64,000 bases of DNA from Candidatus Hydrogenedentota bacterium (GTDB taxonomy: Bacteria > Hydrogenedentota > Hydrogenedentia > Hydrogenedentales > SLHB01): contig CAXXTH010000017.1 in the NCBI GenBank assembly GCA_963668025.2, forward strand, positions 256,001 to 320,000. The letters run 5' to 3'. Position numbers and translations under genes: made by a program. The notes below the pieces were generated by a model. That model saw nothing but the letters and a program-made list of their open reading frames with translations. It had not been told where the DNA came from and searched no databases. Below, piece after piece: positions 10,459 to 20,151 of the stretch. Numbering within the stretch: position 1 is the stretch's first letter; every line of letters starts with the position of its first letter.

Positions 10459-10636
10459 TCTCCTACGTTTACGCCATACCTAAACTGTCCCCGGTAACAG
10501 TCTGAAAAGTCAAGGGTATTCCGGGGACAGAGAATTGCTAAAAAGAAACCAACAAACCTAAGGCAGAAAAAAGGCTGTATATGCGAAAGAGAACATGAGT
10601 GCGGCAGCTTGCTGCCGCTTTGGAGGATGTATCCCA

Positions 10637-11911
10637 ATGAAAAAAAAGCTGTGTCTGCTCATCTTGTTTTCACTGATTGGTATTAGTTTGATGCCGCTTG
10701 CGGAAGCGGAAGACGCCACCTGTCCATGTCCAGGCGGTATAGATACGGATTTGTGGATTTTGGCGGGGCAATCCAACATGTATGGCTGGGCCCCGCTTCC
10801 GTTGGAACCTGATAAGCCCAATCCACATGTCTGGATGTTCGGACTGGACAATCGCTGGATGCTCGCCCAAGATCCGCTCCATCGCGGCTACGAAGCAGAA
10901 GCCCCCATTTACCACGAGTTCATGTTAGGCATGTGCAAGACCGAAGAGCAGTATCTCGAATACCGCGCCCAGAGCAAAAAAACGCCCATTGGCGGCGTAG
11001 GGCCGGGATTGTTTTTTGCGAAGCAACTCGAACGCGTGCTGGACAAACCTATCGGGCTTATCCCCAGCTCTCCCGGGGGCTGCCGCATCGAGCATTATTC
11101 GCCCGCCCTGAAAGACAAACAAGGCGGCTCCGTCTATGGCGCACTGATGGAGCGCATCGCCATGGCGGGCGGGCGCGTGAAGGGCGTGCTCTGGTATCAG
11201 GGAGAAGGAGACGTGCCGAATCCGGAGACCGCCCAAGGCTACGGCAAGGCCCTGCTGGAGCTCATCGATGCATTGCGCCGCGACACGGGCAATCCGGAAC
11301 TGCCGTTCTTGTGCGTCCAAATAGGGCATTATACGCGGGCGAATAATCCCGCTCTCGACCATAATTGGGACACCATCCGCGAGGCGCAGCGGCAAGTGCA
11401 AAACCTGCGGGAACATGTGTACGTAGTGAGCGCCATCGATCTCCCCCTCACGGACCACATCCATCTTTCGTATGAGGGCCAGGAACGCATGGGGAAACGG
11501 CTGGCGGAAATCGCGCTGTCGAAGGTCTATCATGTGCAAGGGCACGGCGAATCCATTGATTTCACGGGCGCGGAACTCATCGAGCCAGATAGCGCCACGC
11601 CTAGCATACGCGTCCATTTCACCGGCGTAACGGGAAAACTGCTCGCGCAGGGGCGGCCCACGGGGTTCATGGCGCGTTTCCCGAATGAGACGGGCGAGAT
11701 CCCCGAGCCTTACCAGGTAGACTTCGATCCCAATGATCCGGCAACGGTCATCCTGCGGTTCTGCAACCCACTGCCGAAAGGGCCCGTGGAATTGTTCTAC
11801 GCCGAAGGTATGAATCCCTATGCCAATATCACGGACGAGAAAGACATGCCCCTTCCCGCCTTCGGCCCCATCGAGCTGGCGCGTCCGGAGAGCGAAAACA
11901 AACAACCTTAA
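10637..11911 (+). CDS. Secreted sialate O-acetylesterase / CE6-like SGNH esterase
   Basis: ILAGQSNM, GVLWYQGEGD, DHIH catalytic motifs; signal peptide MKKKLCLL; RBS GGAGG. Confidence 0.85.
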   Translation: MKKKLCLLILFSLIGISLMPLAEAEDATCPCPGGIDTDLWILAGQSNMYGWAPLPLEPDKPNPHVWMFGLDNRWMLAQDPLHRGYEAEAPIYHEFMLGMCKTEEQYLEYRAQSKKTPIGGVGPGLFFAKQLERVLDKPIGLIPSSPGGCRIEHYSPALKDKQGGSVYGALMERIAMAGGRVKGVLWYQGEGDVPNPETAQGYGKALLELIDALRRDTGNPELPFLCVQIGHYTRANNPALDHNWDTIREAQRQVQNLREHVYVVSAIDLPLTDHIHLSYEGQERMGKRLAEIALSKVYHVQGHGESIDFTGAELIEPDSATPSIRVHFTGVTGKLLAQGRPTGFMARFPNETGEIPEPYQVDFDPNDPATVILRFCNPLPKGPVELFYAEGMNPYANITDEKDMPLPAFGPIELARPESENKQP

Positions 11912-11928
11912 TCGTCAATTGGGCTCTT

Positions 11929-12002
11929 CCATAGCATGGGCGTCTCGCCCATGAAGCATGTGGTATTGCCATCGCTTCATGGGCGAGACGCCCATGCTAC
12001 GG
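11929..12002. repeat. REP-like doublet (REPIN-like): two inverted GCATGGGCGTCTCGCCCATG palindromes
   Basis: agcatgggcgtctcgcccatgaagc ... gcttcatgggcgagacgcccatgct; related copies near 15299, 20029, 22040, 41293, 47411 and 61656. Confidence 0.8.
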
Positions 12003-12084
12003 TTTGGTAAGGTTGCATTCCAGACACGGCGCTTTTATGCTGGCTATGAACCAATGATGAATAGTATCCAATAGGAGAATGCTC

Positions 12085-13395
12085 ATGCCTACGCAGGAAC
12101 AAGTGCTGGATTCCATGCGGCACATCATCGATCCCGATATCGGGCGCGACATCGTGTCCCTCGGGTTTATAAAGGATCTTGAGATCACGGGCGGGAACGT
12201 GCGGTTCCGCCTTGAATTGACTACGCCCGCCTGCCCGATGAAGCAGCGATTCGTCGAGCAATGCGAGGCGGCTGTGAAGGCTGTGCCTGGCGTCGAGTCG
12301 GTGAAGGTCACATTGAGCGCCATGCAGCCGAAGGCGCGCCCCGAGGCCCAGATCAACACCCTCGAAAAAGTCGGAGCGGTGCTGGCGGTGTCGTCGTGCA
12401 AAGGCGGTGTCGGCAAGTCCACCGTGGCCGCCCAACTGGCGCTGGCCATGCGGCGCGAGGGCCTCGCCGTGGGGCTGCTCGATGCGGATGTCTATGGCCC
12501 TTCCGTGCCCACGCTGTTCAACCTGCACCATCCGCCTGTCACGGCGCGCGATAACCTTCTCCAGCCCGTCGAGGCGGACGGTTTGAAGATTATGTCGCTC
12601 GGTTTCCTGCTGGGCGAAGCGCCCGCCGTCCTGCGCGGGCCTATCGTGTCCAACTACATCCAGCAGATCCTCCGCCAGACCGAATGGGGCGTGCTCGATT
12701 ATCTCATTATCGACCTGCCCCCCGGCACGGGCGACATCCAGCTCACTATCGTCCAGCAGGCCGCGCTCGACGGGGCGATCATCGTCACCACGCCCCAGGC
12801 CCTCTCGCTGGTCGATGTGGCGCGGGGCATCCTCATGTTCGAGAAGGTGAATGTGCCCGTCCTCGGCGTCGTCGAGAACATGTGCTCGTTCACCTGTAGC
12901 GACTGCGGCGCGGTCCACTATCCCTTCGGGCGCAGCCAGGGCAAACTGCAAGAGAGGTTCGGCCTGCCAACGCTGGCCGAATTGCCCATCTCGAACGGGG
13001 CCGCCGACATCCACGCGAAGAATGCCCAGGACATTCGCACCTCAATGGCCGCCATGGCCGAACAGGTCCACCGCGCCGTGGGCAAGAGCCGTGTCGCGGC
13101 GGTAGCGCTGCCCGAACTCGACCCCATGCCCGAGGCGCTCCTGATTCATTGGCCCGACGGGACCGATACGGCCCTCGACAACCACGCCCTTCGTTGCGCA
13201 TGCCCTTGCGCTGTCTGCGTGGACGAATATACCGGCGCGCAACTGCTCGACCCGCTCCAAGTGCCGCCCGATGTCTCGATTGACGGCATCGAACGCCTCG
13301 GCAACTACGCCGTGGCCTTCACCTGGAGCGACGGCCACACCACGGGCATCTATTCATGGGAGTATCTCAAGAAGCTCGCGGCAAGCGGGGAATAG
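12085..13395 (+). CDS. Mrp/NBP35 Fe-S cluster carrier ATPase with N-terminal DUF59 and C-terminal DUF971 (HCF101-like)
   Basis: IIDPDIGRDIVSLG..TTPACP; CKGGVGKST; DLPPGTGD; ENM..CSDC; C-terminal CACPCAVC..GNYAV..WSDGHTTGIYSW. Confidence 0.9.
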   Translation: MPTQEQVLDSMRHIIDPDIGRDIVSLGFIKDLEITGGNVRFRLELTTPACPMKQRFVEQCEAAVKAVPGVESVKVTLSAMQPKARPEAQINTLEKVGAVLAVSSCKGGVGKSTVAAQLALAMRREGLAVGLLDADVYGPSVPTLFNLHHPPVTARDNLLQPVEADGLKIMSLGFLLGEAPAVLRGPIVSNYIQQILRQTEWGVLDYLIIDLPPGTGDIQLTIVQQAALDGAIIVTTPQALSLVDVARGILMFEKVNVPVLGVVENMCSFTCSDCGAVHYPFGRSQGKLQERFGLPTLAELPISNGAADIHAKNAQDIRTSMAAMAEQVHRAVGKSRVAAVALPELDPMPEALLIHWPDGTDTALDNHALRCACPCAVCVDEYTGAQLLDPLQVPPDVSIDGIERLGNYAVAFTWSDGHTTGIYSWEYLKKLAASGE

Positions 13396-13408
13396 GTGAG
13401 GATAAAAG

Positions 13409-13545
13409 CCGGGGACAACCTTTTTAAAAAAAGGTTTTCCCCGAACCCCTTTCCAAAAACTTTCTATTCGCTTCGCGAAGCGAACATGGCGTTCTTTGGG
13501 AGGGGTCTGGGGAACCCTTTCTGCAAAAGAAAGGGTTCCCCAGAA
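13409..13545. repeat. Composite palindromic intergenic repeat
   Basis: ggggacaacctttttaaaaaaaggttttcccc and ggggaaccctttctgcaaaagaaagggttcccc hairpins joined by aacccctttccaaaaac/gttctttgggaggggt arms, between convergent genes. Confidence 0.65.
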
Positions 13546-13565
13546 AACCGCTACATCGGACGGCT

Positions 13566-14012
13566 TTATCCTTTCAAACCATCCGGCTTCTTCTTAATGT
13601 CCTCATAGCGTTGGAACCACTCGGGGAATGCTTTTTTAAAGGGGACAGGCTTGAAATCATCTTTGCGTACGACAATATGCGTGGTCGCTCCTTCGGCGCA
13701 TAGGTCGCCATCTCCGTTGATGATGTGGTAGCCATAGGTGGTCCGCAGGCCCTGGTTCGCCTCCACCCATGTTTTAACAAAGACCCGCTCGCCGTAACGC
13801 ACCGGTTTTCTATACGTCACCTCCGCTTTATATACCGGCGCATAATATCCTTCCTTCTCCATATCTAGATAATCATATCCCGCATCATACACCAACTGGG
13901 TCCGGCCCAGCTCGAGCCATTTCAGGTAATTGGCATGATAAATGACACCCATCATGTCCGTATCGGCATAGGATAACTGTATTTCAACGGTCGAGACCAG
14001 ATGTTCGCTCAT
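13566..14012 (-). CDS. Acyl-CoA thioesterase (YbgC/FadM, 4HBT family)
   Basis: YADTDMMGVIYHANYLKWLELGR hot-dog signature. Confidence 0.9.
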   Translation of the reverse strand: MSEHLVSTVEIQLSYADTDMMGVIYHANYLKWLELGRTQLVYDAGYDYLDMEKEGYYAPVYKAEVTYRKPVRYGERVFVKTWVEANQGLRTTYGYHIINGDGDLCAEGATTHIVVRKDDFKPVPFKKAFPEWFQRYEDIKKKPDGLKG

Positions 14013-14149
14013 CGAGCTTTCTCCTGCGATAAAGCACTTCTCAAATCATGGAACAATAACGGTATAATGTACAGATATCCCTTCTCTTCACGCAAAGGCA
14101 TTTTCTTGGATTGCATCAAGCAACCTTTTTTTCAATGCCGTGTATTCCA

Positions 14150-14770
14150 TCAACTGTCTACTTGTACTAAAAAAGTTCTTGACGGATTTCTAAAACAGGT
14201 ACATACTGCATCTAATAAGTGATACAGCCAAAGAAGGAGGATAGGGCAATGAATCGCCATGGGTTTTCATTAAAGCTTGTTTTCCTCGCTATCACCGTCC
14301 TGCTAATGGCCGGGCTTCCGGCCATCGCACAGTCTCCAAAAGAGTCGGAATGTGAATCCCAACAACAAATAGACAAATGGGCCGATGAACTGTCCAAAAC
14401 ATCAAAACTCCGGTATGATAAAAAATATGATGAGGCGATCGCGTGCTACGACCGCGCCATCGAAATCTCCCCCAACGCCGAATACAAGGCCGAGACGTAT
14501 TTCCATAAGGCGCAAGGCCTGGAAACCTGGGATCGATATGAAGCCATCGCCAATTACCAAAAAGTATTAAGTGAAAAACCGACTGCCGCCCTGCGCGCGG
14601 AAACTTGCTTCCGGCTGGGCTCGTTGCATCGCAATATTTCGCTGGGGAAGAGCGAAGAGGAGGCAACGCAGATCGTCGAGACGGAATTCAGCAATGAAAA
14701 TTGCCTGCCCTATTTCGAGATGGGGGCCGCCGCCGCGGGCGAATATGACAAGTATGCGATGTCATGCCGT
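14150..14770 (+). repeat. Inverted duplication (promoter plus 5' part of TPR gene), partner at about 29095-29715
   Basis: Near-identical leader (aaaaaagttcttgacggatttc..aaacagg.acatactgcatcta..cagccaaagaaggaggatagggcaatgaatcgccatggg) and coding blocks on opposite strands. Confidence 0.85.
14179..14207 (+). promoter_or_regulatory. Sigma70-type promoter of TPR copy 1
   Basis: TTGACG-17-CATACT, conserved in copy 2. Confidence 0.6.
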
Positions 14771-15124
14771 GTTTATGTAGCCTTTGTATATCAAGATACC
14801 GGCCGCACGCAAGAGGCGGAAGCCATACTCGCCAAACTAGCGGCGCTAGACCCATCCAAAGCAGAGCTTTTTCCCGATCAATTTCTAGTGTCCTGCCAGT
14901 CTCCTAGGCTTTTCTTTGTTCGCAAGGAAGAAACCCTTCAGCATGTCCAGATGACTCGCGAGATTGCCGCCGAGACTTTAGTGGAGTCTTGTATTGTCCA
15001 GCGGGATGATGAATCAACGATAGCTCGCCTGCAAGAACTCTGCGCAAGGTATCCCAAAACCCTGATTGCTCAAGAAGCAGAAAATAAAATCGCAACGATT
15101 GCTTCTACAACAAATCAATCGTAA
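14249..15124 (+). CDS. Exported tetratricopeptide-repeat protein, copy 1
   Basis: Signal peptide; KYDEAIACYDRAIEISPN TPR pattern; RBS AAGGAGG; paralogue of 28747-29616. Confidence 0.8.
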   Translation: MNRHGFSLKLVFLAITVLLMAGLPAIAQSPKESECESQQQIDKWADELSKTSKLRYDKKYDEAIACYDRAIEISPNAEYKAETYFHKAQGLETWDRYEAIANYQKVLSEKPTAALRAETCFRLGSLHRNISLGKSEEEATQIVETEFSNENCLPYFEMGAAAAGEYDKYAMSCRVYVAFVYQDTGRTQEAEAILAKLAALDPSKAELFPDQFLVSCQSPRLFFVRKEETLQHVQMTREIAAETLVESCIVQRDDESTIARLQELCARYPKTLIAQEAENKIATIASTTNQS

Positions 15125-15297
15125 TCACAAGATCCAGTTATAATATAGACAGGGCGGGCATCATGCATGCAATCCATCTGTATTTACCTCGATCGCCGAA
15201 TAAATGGGGCGTTTTTAAGCGAGTGGATGCAAATACTACTTTTATTCACGATCATTCCATACACCGTCATGATCCATCGTACTTATTTGGTGAGATC

Positions 15298-15349
15298 CCG
15301 TAGCATGGGCGTCTCGCCCATGCGCATGGCCGGGACGGCCATGCCACGG
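15298..15349. repeat. REP-like doublet
   Basis: ccgtagcatgggcgtctcgcccatgcgcatggccgggacggccatgccacgg. Confidence 0.7.
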
Positions 15350-15538
15350 GAAATGCATATCTATTTTACCTTTTCCGCGATTCAGTTTTTTATTCGTGCC
15401 CATTGGTGTCAATTCGTGGTCAAAAAACGTTTCCCTGAAACTTCCCGGGCAATGCTAGTATTATATATTCTATTAATCATATTTCCCCAATATGTGCGCA
15501 GGCAATGTCCGCCACAAGTGGACAGGAGGGAAAGGCAA

Positions 15539-16591
15539 ATGAAGCGGCTGATGGTGTTGCTCATGGGATGTGCTTCGGTCTGGGCGTATTCGGATGAATC
15601 TACCGTTTCACTCAAGAGCATTTGGCAAGAGAAGACGGATATGTGCTTCTTTTCCCGGTTCAATCTGCCGTTCTCTCCTGCTGGAAGCTCAATGTCCGCT
15701 GCGCTAGTCAGCCAAATCAAAAAGAAACCCGGTTTGGCCTTATGGCAAATCAACAAATCAGGTTTTCAGCGCCTTGCTGAAATGGCTGAAGATTTCTATC
15801 CTAATGGGGCTGCATACGGTGACATTGATCAGGATAGCAAGCCCGAGTTTGTTTTTATTGGTTATCTCCCCGGTATAAATAGTCATGTAATTCTTGCTAT
15901 TAGGTATGTTAGCGAAATACTCGCGAGCACCTTTTATCCCATTCAAGAAAAAACAGAATTCCAGGGTCTTGCAATAGATGATATGGATGGAGACGGCAAA
16001 AATGAGATTGTCTACTACCGTGTAGACAAAGGCGCAGAGGAATACTGGGAAGGCTCTCTGGTGATGGCGCGCGTCGAGGGCGGCGAATTGAAAACCTTGG
16101 GTGAGTCAGGCGGACATCCCATGTCGGGGAGCATAGCGATTGCCGATTTCGACGGCGACAGTCTGCCGGAAGTGGCAGTGCTGGAAGGCCATGGAATGCG
16201 GACGAATGAAAAACTGCGTGAACGCGCCCCCCACTTGGCGGCCTATTCTTGGACGAATGGCCAATGGGTCAAGGAACCGAAAGCGTTGCTTCCGCTCGAC
16301 CCAGCAATGGAGTTGTTGGATTCCCCGAGTCTCGTGGCATGGAAAGACGGTGGCAAACAGAAGGCGCTGGTGGGATACTATCGGACCATATCCACCTACG
16401 AGATGTCGGACGGCAAATGGTCTGCCGGGGAAGTGGTCGTTACGCTCGATAAAAGCAGTATAGGCTGCCTCGGAACCGTGGACTTGGAAGGTAAAGGCAA
16501 GGAATCTATTTTGGCGTGGGGGAGTTTGCCTAGCGATGATCCTGAGAAGCCCGGTCCGCCTGCCATGTATGTCTACCAGCGCGAGAAGTAA
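15539..16591 (+). CDS. Exported FG-GAP/VCBS repeat protein, paralogue A
   Basis: Signal peptide; GDIDQDSKPE, DDMDGDGKNEI, ADFDGDSLPEV, VDLEGKGKES repeats; RBS CAGGAGG. Confidence 0.8.
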   Translation: MKRLMVLLMGCASVWAYSDESTVSLKSIWQEKTDMCFFSRFNLPFSPAGSSMSAALVSQIKKKPGLALWQINKSGFQRLAEMAEDFYPNGAAYGDIDQDSKPEFVFIGYLPGINSHVILAIRYVSEILASTFYPIQEKTEFQGLAIDDMDGDGKNEIVYYRVDKGAEEYWEGSLVMARVEGGELKTLGESGGHPMSGSIAIADFDGDSLPEVAVLEGHGMRTNEKLRERAPHLAAYSWTNGQWVKEPKALLPLDPAMELLDSPSLVAWKDGGKQKALVGYYRTISTYEMSDGKWSAGEVVVTLDKSSIGCLGTVDLEGKGKESILAWGSLPSDDPEKPGPPAMYVYQREK

Positions 16592-16626
16592 ATAATCTCA
16601 CCTCGCGTTTGCGGGCAAACGCATAT

Positions 16627-19600
16627 CTACACTTCGCTCAATGCTTTGAGCAGGTTTTTCGTGGCGATGAGCATGCGGTCTGGGGTGTCCGCGTCTGGGG
16701 TGTAGGTGATGCAGGGGTCGCCCTGGAATGCGTATTGGATGCGCGGGCCGAAGTGTTGGCTGAGGGCCGTCCTCGAGGCGCGATTCAAGAAGCGGGCGGA
16801 CTCGAATTCGACGGCGATGGCGGTCTTGGCGGCGGCGATGCGTTTGACGCCGAGGTCCGCCGCTTGCGCGCGAATACGCATGATGTCGATGAGCCGCTTG
16901 ACGGGCGCAGGGATCGGCCCGAAGCGATCGGCGATTTCTGCGTTCATCTCATCCACTTCTTCGACGGTCATGGCGCTGGCGATGCGCTTATAGAGCGTGA
17001 GCTTCTGCGCCTCGGAGGGCACATACGCCTCGGGGATATGGGCGTCCACGGCCATGTCGAAGGCGGGCAGCACACGGTGGACCACCGGTTCGCCCTTGAG
17101 TTCGGCGATGGTCTCCTGGAGGAGCTGGCTATAGGTTTCAAGGCCGACGGTGGCGATGTGTCCGTGCTGTTCGCCGCCGAGGATGTTGCCGCAGCCTCGG
17201 ATTTCCATGTCGGCCATGGCGATGCGGAAGCCCGCGCCCAAGGTCGAGAAATCCTCCAACGCCTTGAGGCGTTTCTGGGCCACTTCCGTCAAGGCTTTGT
17301 CACCATTTACGAGCAAGTAGGCGAAGGCGCGGTGTTTGTAGCGTCCGACGCGCCCGCGCAACTGGTATAGCTCGGATAAGCCGAAACGGTCAGCGTCGTT
17401 GATGATAATGGTGTTGGCGTTCGGGATATCGATGCCGGAGCCGATGATGGTCGTGCAGACCAGCACATCGATCTCGTGGCGGATGAAGCGCGTCATGACG
17501 TGTTCGAGGTCGCCCTCGCGCATTTGCCCGTGGCCGATGGCGACCCGCGCCCGGGGTGCGAGCTTCTCGACAAGCGTGGCGAACAGCTCGATGGTCTGCA
17601 CGCGGTTATGAACAAAGAAGACCTGCCCTTGGCGCGAAAGCTCGCGTTCGAGCGCCTCGCGGATCAGGTCTTCACCGAATGGCTCGATACACGTATGGAC
17701 CGGCAGCCGGTCATTGGGGGCCGTGTTGATCAGGCTCATGTCGCGTACGCCCAACATCGAAAGGTTCAGCGTGCGCGGGATGGGCGTGGCCGTCATCGTC
17801 AGGACATCCACGATATTGCGGACTTGCTTGAGGCGCTCTTTTTGCGCCACGCCGAACCGGTGCTCCTCGTCGATGATGAGGAGGCCCAGATCCTTGAATT
17901 CGATGTCCTTCGAGATGAGGCGGTGCGTTCCGACCACGATATCCACGTCGCCGGACTTGAGTTTCTCGATGGTCTCTTTCTGCTCTTTGGGGCCTCGGAA
18001 CCGGCATAACAGGTCAACGCGCACGGGGAAATCGGCCAGGCGCTCGACGAAGTTCAAATAATGCTGTTCGGCCAAAACCGTCGTGGGCACGAGCAATGCG
18101 GCTTGCTTGCCGTCCTGCACGGTCTTGAATGCGGCGCGCAGGGCGACCTCGGTTTTTCCGTAGCCCACATCGCCACAGACGAGGCGGTCCATGGGTTTTA
18201 TCGATTCCATGTCGCGCTTAACATCCGTGATGGCGCGGGCCTGGTCGGGCGTCTCCTCGTAGGGGAAGGCGTCCTCGAATTCGATCTGCCAAGGCGAATC
18301 CGGTGCGAAGGCATGGCCCTCCTGGCTCTCGCGGGCGGCGTAAAGCTGGAGGAGTTCATTCGCCATATCTTTCACGGCTTTTTTAACGCGGGCCTTCGTG
18401 CGCGCCCATGTCGCCCCGCCGAGGCGGTCGATCTTGGGCATGGCCCCGTCGCCGCCGCTGAATTTCTGGATGGCGTCGATCTGGGTGACGGGCAAGTACA
18501 GCGTGTCGCCTTTGGCGTATTGGACCACCAGGAAATCGCCGGTTTTATCCGGGAAGCGCCGCATGCCGAGGTAGCGCCCGACGCCATGGCTGGCGTGGAC
18601 GACGAAGTCGCCGGACTTCAGATCACCCAGCGCGGTGATCGTCGAGCCGGCCTCGAAGCGGCGGCGGGAGCGCCGGATGTAATGGCGTCCGAACACCTCG
18701 CGTTCGCTCAGGATGGCCAGATTATCTTCATAGGAATCAAAACCCGCATGAATGCGCCCGATGTAGATGCGCAGATCGAAGCTGCTTTTGTCCGGCTGGT
18801 AACCATGCTCATCGAGTAATTCGAGCAGGCGCGTGCGCTCGCCCGTATTGTTGCAAATGAGCGCCACGGTATATTTTTTGCGGTCCCATTGTTCGAGCTG
18901 CTGCCAAAAATCCGTGGCGGGCGGCTCCCAGTTGCTCATCGAGCGCACGGGCGCGGCAATGCGCTCCGCCCCGGCGTCTTGCGCCACGTGCATCAGCCGG
19001 AGCTGGCGGAATGCTTCGAGCCGGGCGTAGGCGTCTTCCCACGGCATGATGTACTCGGAAACGCCGAACTGCTCCTCGAGTTTACGCGCTTCTTCTGCAA
19101 TCGCCAGCGGTTCATCGAGCGCCACGAGGGTGTTGGGCGGGAAATAATCCGCCAACGTAGCGAGTGCGTCTTTCCGTTCGTGGAGCAAGTGTTTTTCCGA
19201 ACGCGGCAGGAGCGCCACGCTGTCGGCGGGGCCAATGCTTCGCTGGGTCTCCGGTTCGAAACGGCGAATGGACTCGATCTCGTCACCAAAGAATTCGATG
19301 CGAAACGGCAGTTCGCTCGATATGGGGAACACATCAAAAATGCCGCCGCGCACGCTCATCTGGCCGCGTTGTTCGACCATGAGCTCCCGCTCATAGCCCA
19401 ATTTCGTGAGGCGCAGCAGGAGATCATCGAGATCATATTCCTCGCCCACGGCCAGCCGCACGGTGCGGCGTTCGAGATCCTCGCGGGGCGCGACATATTG
19501 CAGCATCGAGCGCAACGGAACCGCCGCGCACATGAGAGCGTCCTCGAAGGCCGACGCCAGATGCTGCAAGGTGTTCATACGTTCGGCGACGATATCGTCC

Positions 19601-19881
19601 GAGGGGTCCATGGCGTCGGAAGGAAGCACCTCCCAGGAAGGCAGCAGCAGCGCGCGGTCCGGCCCGGCGAATGCCGTCAGATCATCGAAAATGGATTCGG
19701 CTTCGATGCGCCCCGCCGTGAGGATGAGCAGCGGCGCGCCCAAGGCCTCCGCCGCCTGCACCGCCGCCAGCGTTTTGGCGGAACCCCACAGGCCGGTAAC
19801 ATCCATGGCGCGCCGCCCTTGTTCCGACAGGCGGTTGGCGATGAACCGGACGCAATTCAATTGAGGCAGCGTGATGTGCAT
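16627..19881 (-). CDS. mfd: Transcription-repair coupling factor
   Basis: UvrB-like N-terminus, CarD/RID domain (HASHGVGRY), CGDVGYGKT, DEEH, TATPIPRT, QLRGRVGR, TRG motif; start codon uncertain (ORF open to 19962). Confidence 0.97.
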   Translation of the reverse strand: MHITLPQLNCVRFIANRLSEQGRRAMDVTGLWGSAKTLAAVQAAEALGAPLLILTAGRIEAESIFDDLTAFAGPDRALLLPSWEVLPSDAMDPSDDIVAERMNTLQHLASAFEDALMCAAVPLRSMLQYVAPREDLERRTVRLAVGEEYDLDDLLLRLTKLGYERELMVEQRGQMSVRGGIFDVFPISSELPFRIEFFGDEIESIRRFEPETQRSIGPADSVALLPRSEKHLLHERKDALATLADYFPPNTLVALDEPLAIAEEARKLEEQFGVSEYIMPWEDAYARLEAFRQLRLMHVAQDAGAERIAAPVRSMSNWEPPATDFWQQLEQWDRKKYTVALICNNTGERTRLLELLDEHGYQPDKSSFDLRIYIGRIHAGFDSYEDNLAILSEREVFGRHYIRRSRRRFEAGSTITALGDLKSGDFVVHASHGVGRYLGMRRFPDKTGDFLVVQYAKGDTLYLPVTQIDAIQKFSGGDGAMPKIDRLGGATWARTKARVKKAVKDMANELLQLYAARESQEGHAFAPDSPWQIEFEDAFPYEETPDQARAITDVKRDMESIKPMDRLVCGDVGYGKTEVALRAAFKTVQDGKQAALLVPTTVLAEQHYLNFVERLADFPVRVDLLCRFRGPKEQKETIEKLKSGDVDIVVGTHRLISKDIEFKDLGLLIIDEEHRFGVAQKERLKQVRNIVDVLTMTATPIPRTLNLSMLGVRDMSLINTAPNDRLPVHTCIEPFGEDLIREALERELSRQGQVFFVHNRVQTIELFATLVEKLAPRARVAIGHGQMREGDLEHVMTRFIRHEIDVLVCTTIIGSGIDIPNANTIIINDADRFGLSELYQLRGRVGRYKHRAFAYLLVNGDKALTEVAQKRLKALEDFSTLGAGFRIAMADMEIRGCGNILGGEQHGHIATVGLETYSQLLQETIAELKGEPVVHRVLPAFDMAVDAHIPEAYVPSEAQKLTLYKRIASAMTVEEVDEMNAEIADRFGPIPAPVKRLIDIMRIRAQAADLGVKRIAAAKTAIAVEFESARFLNRASRTALSQHFGPRIQYAFQGDPCITYTPDADTPDRMLIATKNLLKALSEV

Positions 19882-20151
19882 GGCGTGCTTCGCGGCTTCC
19901 GTGTTTGGGCTTTCAGGTAGGACTTGGAACGACAGGCCAAGACCTCTTATCATTGTACTCATGCATACATGGGCATTCCAAACGAGCCATGGTATTTGGG
20001 AATATCAGGATTATGTTCATCCATGGAACGTGGCATGGCCGTCCCAGCCATGTTTTGAGATGCATTTCTGAAATTAAGTGGGATGAGGTGGTGTGGGACC
20101 GGCGCCCTCGCCGGTCATCTGGGCCGATATACTGATTGCAATAGGTAAAAA

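Noticed and set aside
11977-13014. Long antisense ORFs here and at 10925-11905, 18889-19920, 30572-31552 and 54434-55429
   Set aside because: Each overlaps a well-supported gene on the other strand and lacks motifs
15167-15538. N-terminal extension of FG-GAP paralogue A given in the ORF track
   Set aside because: It reads through repeats; the RBS and paralogue alignment place the start at 15539
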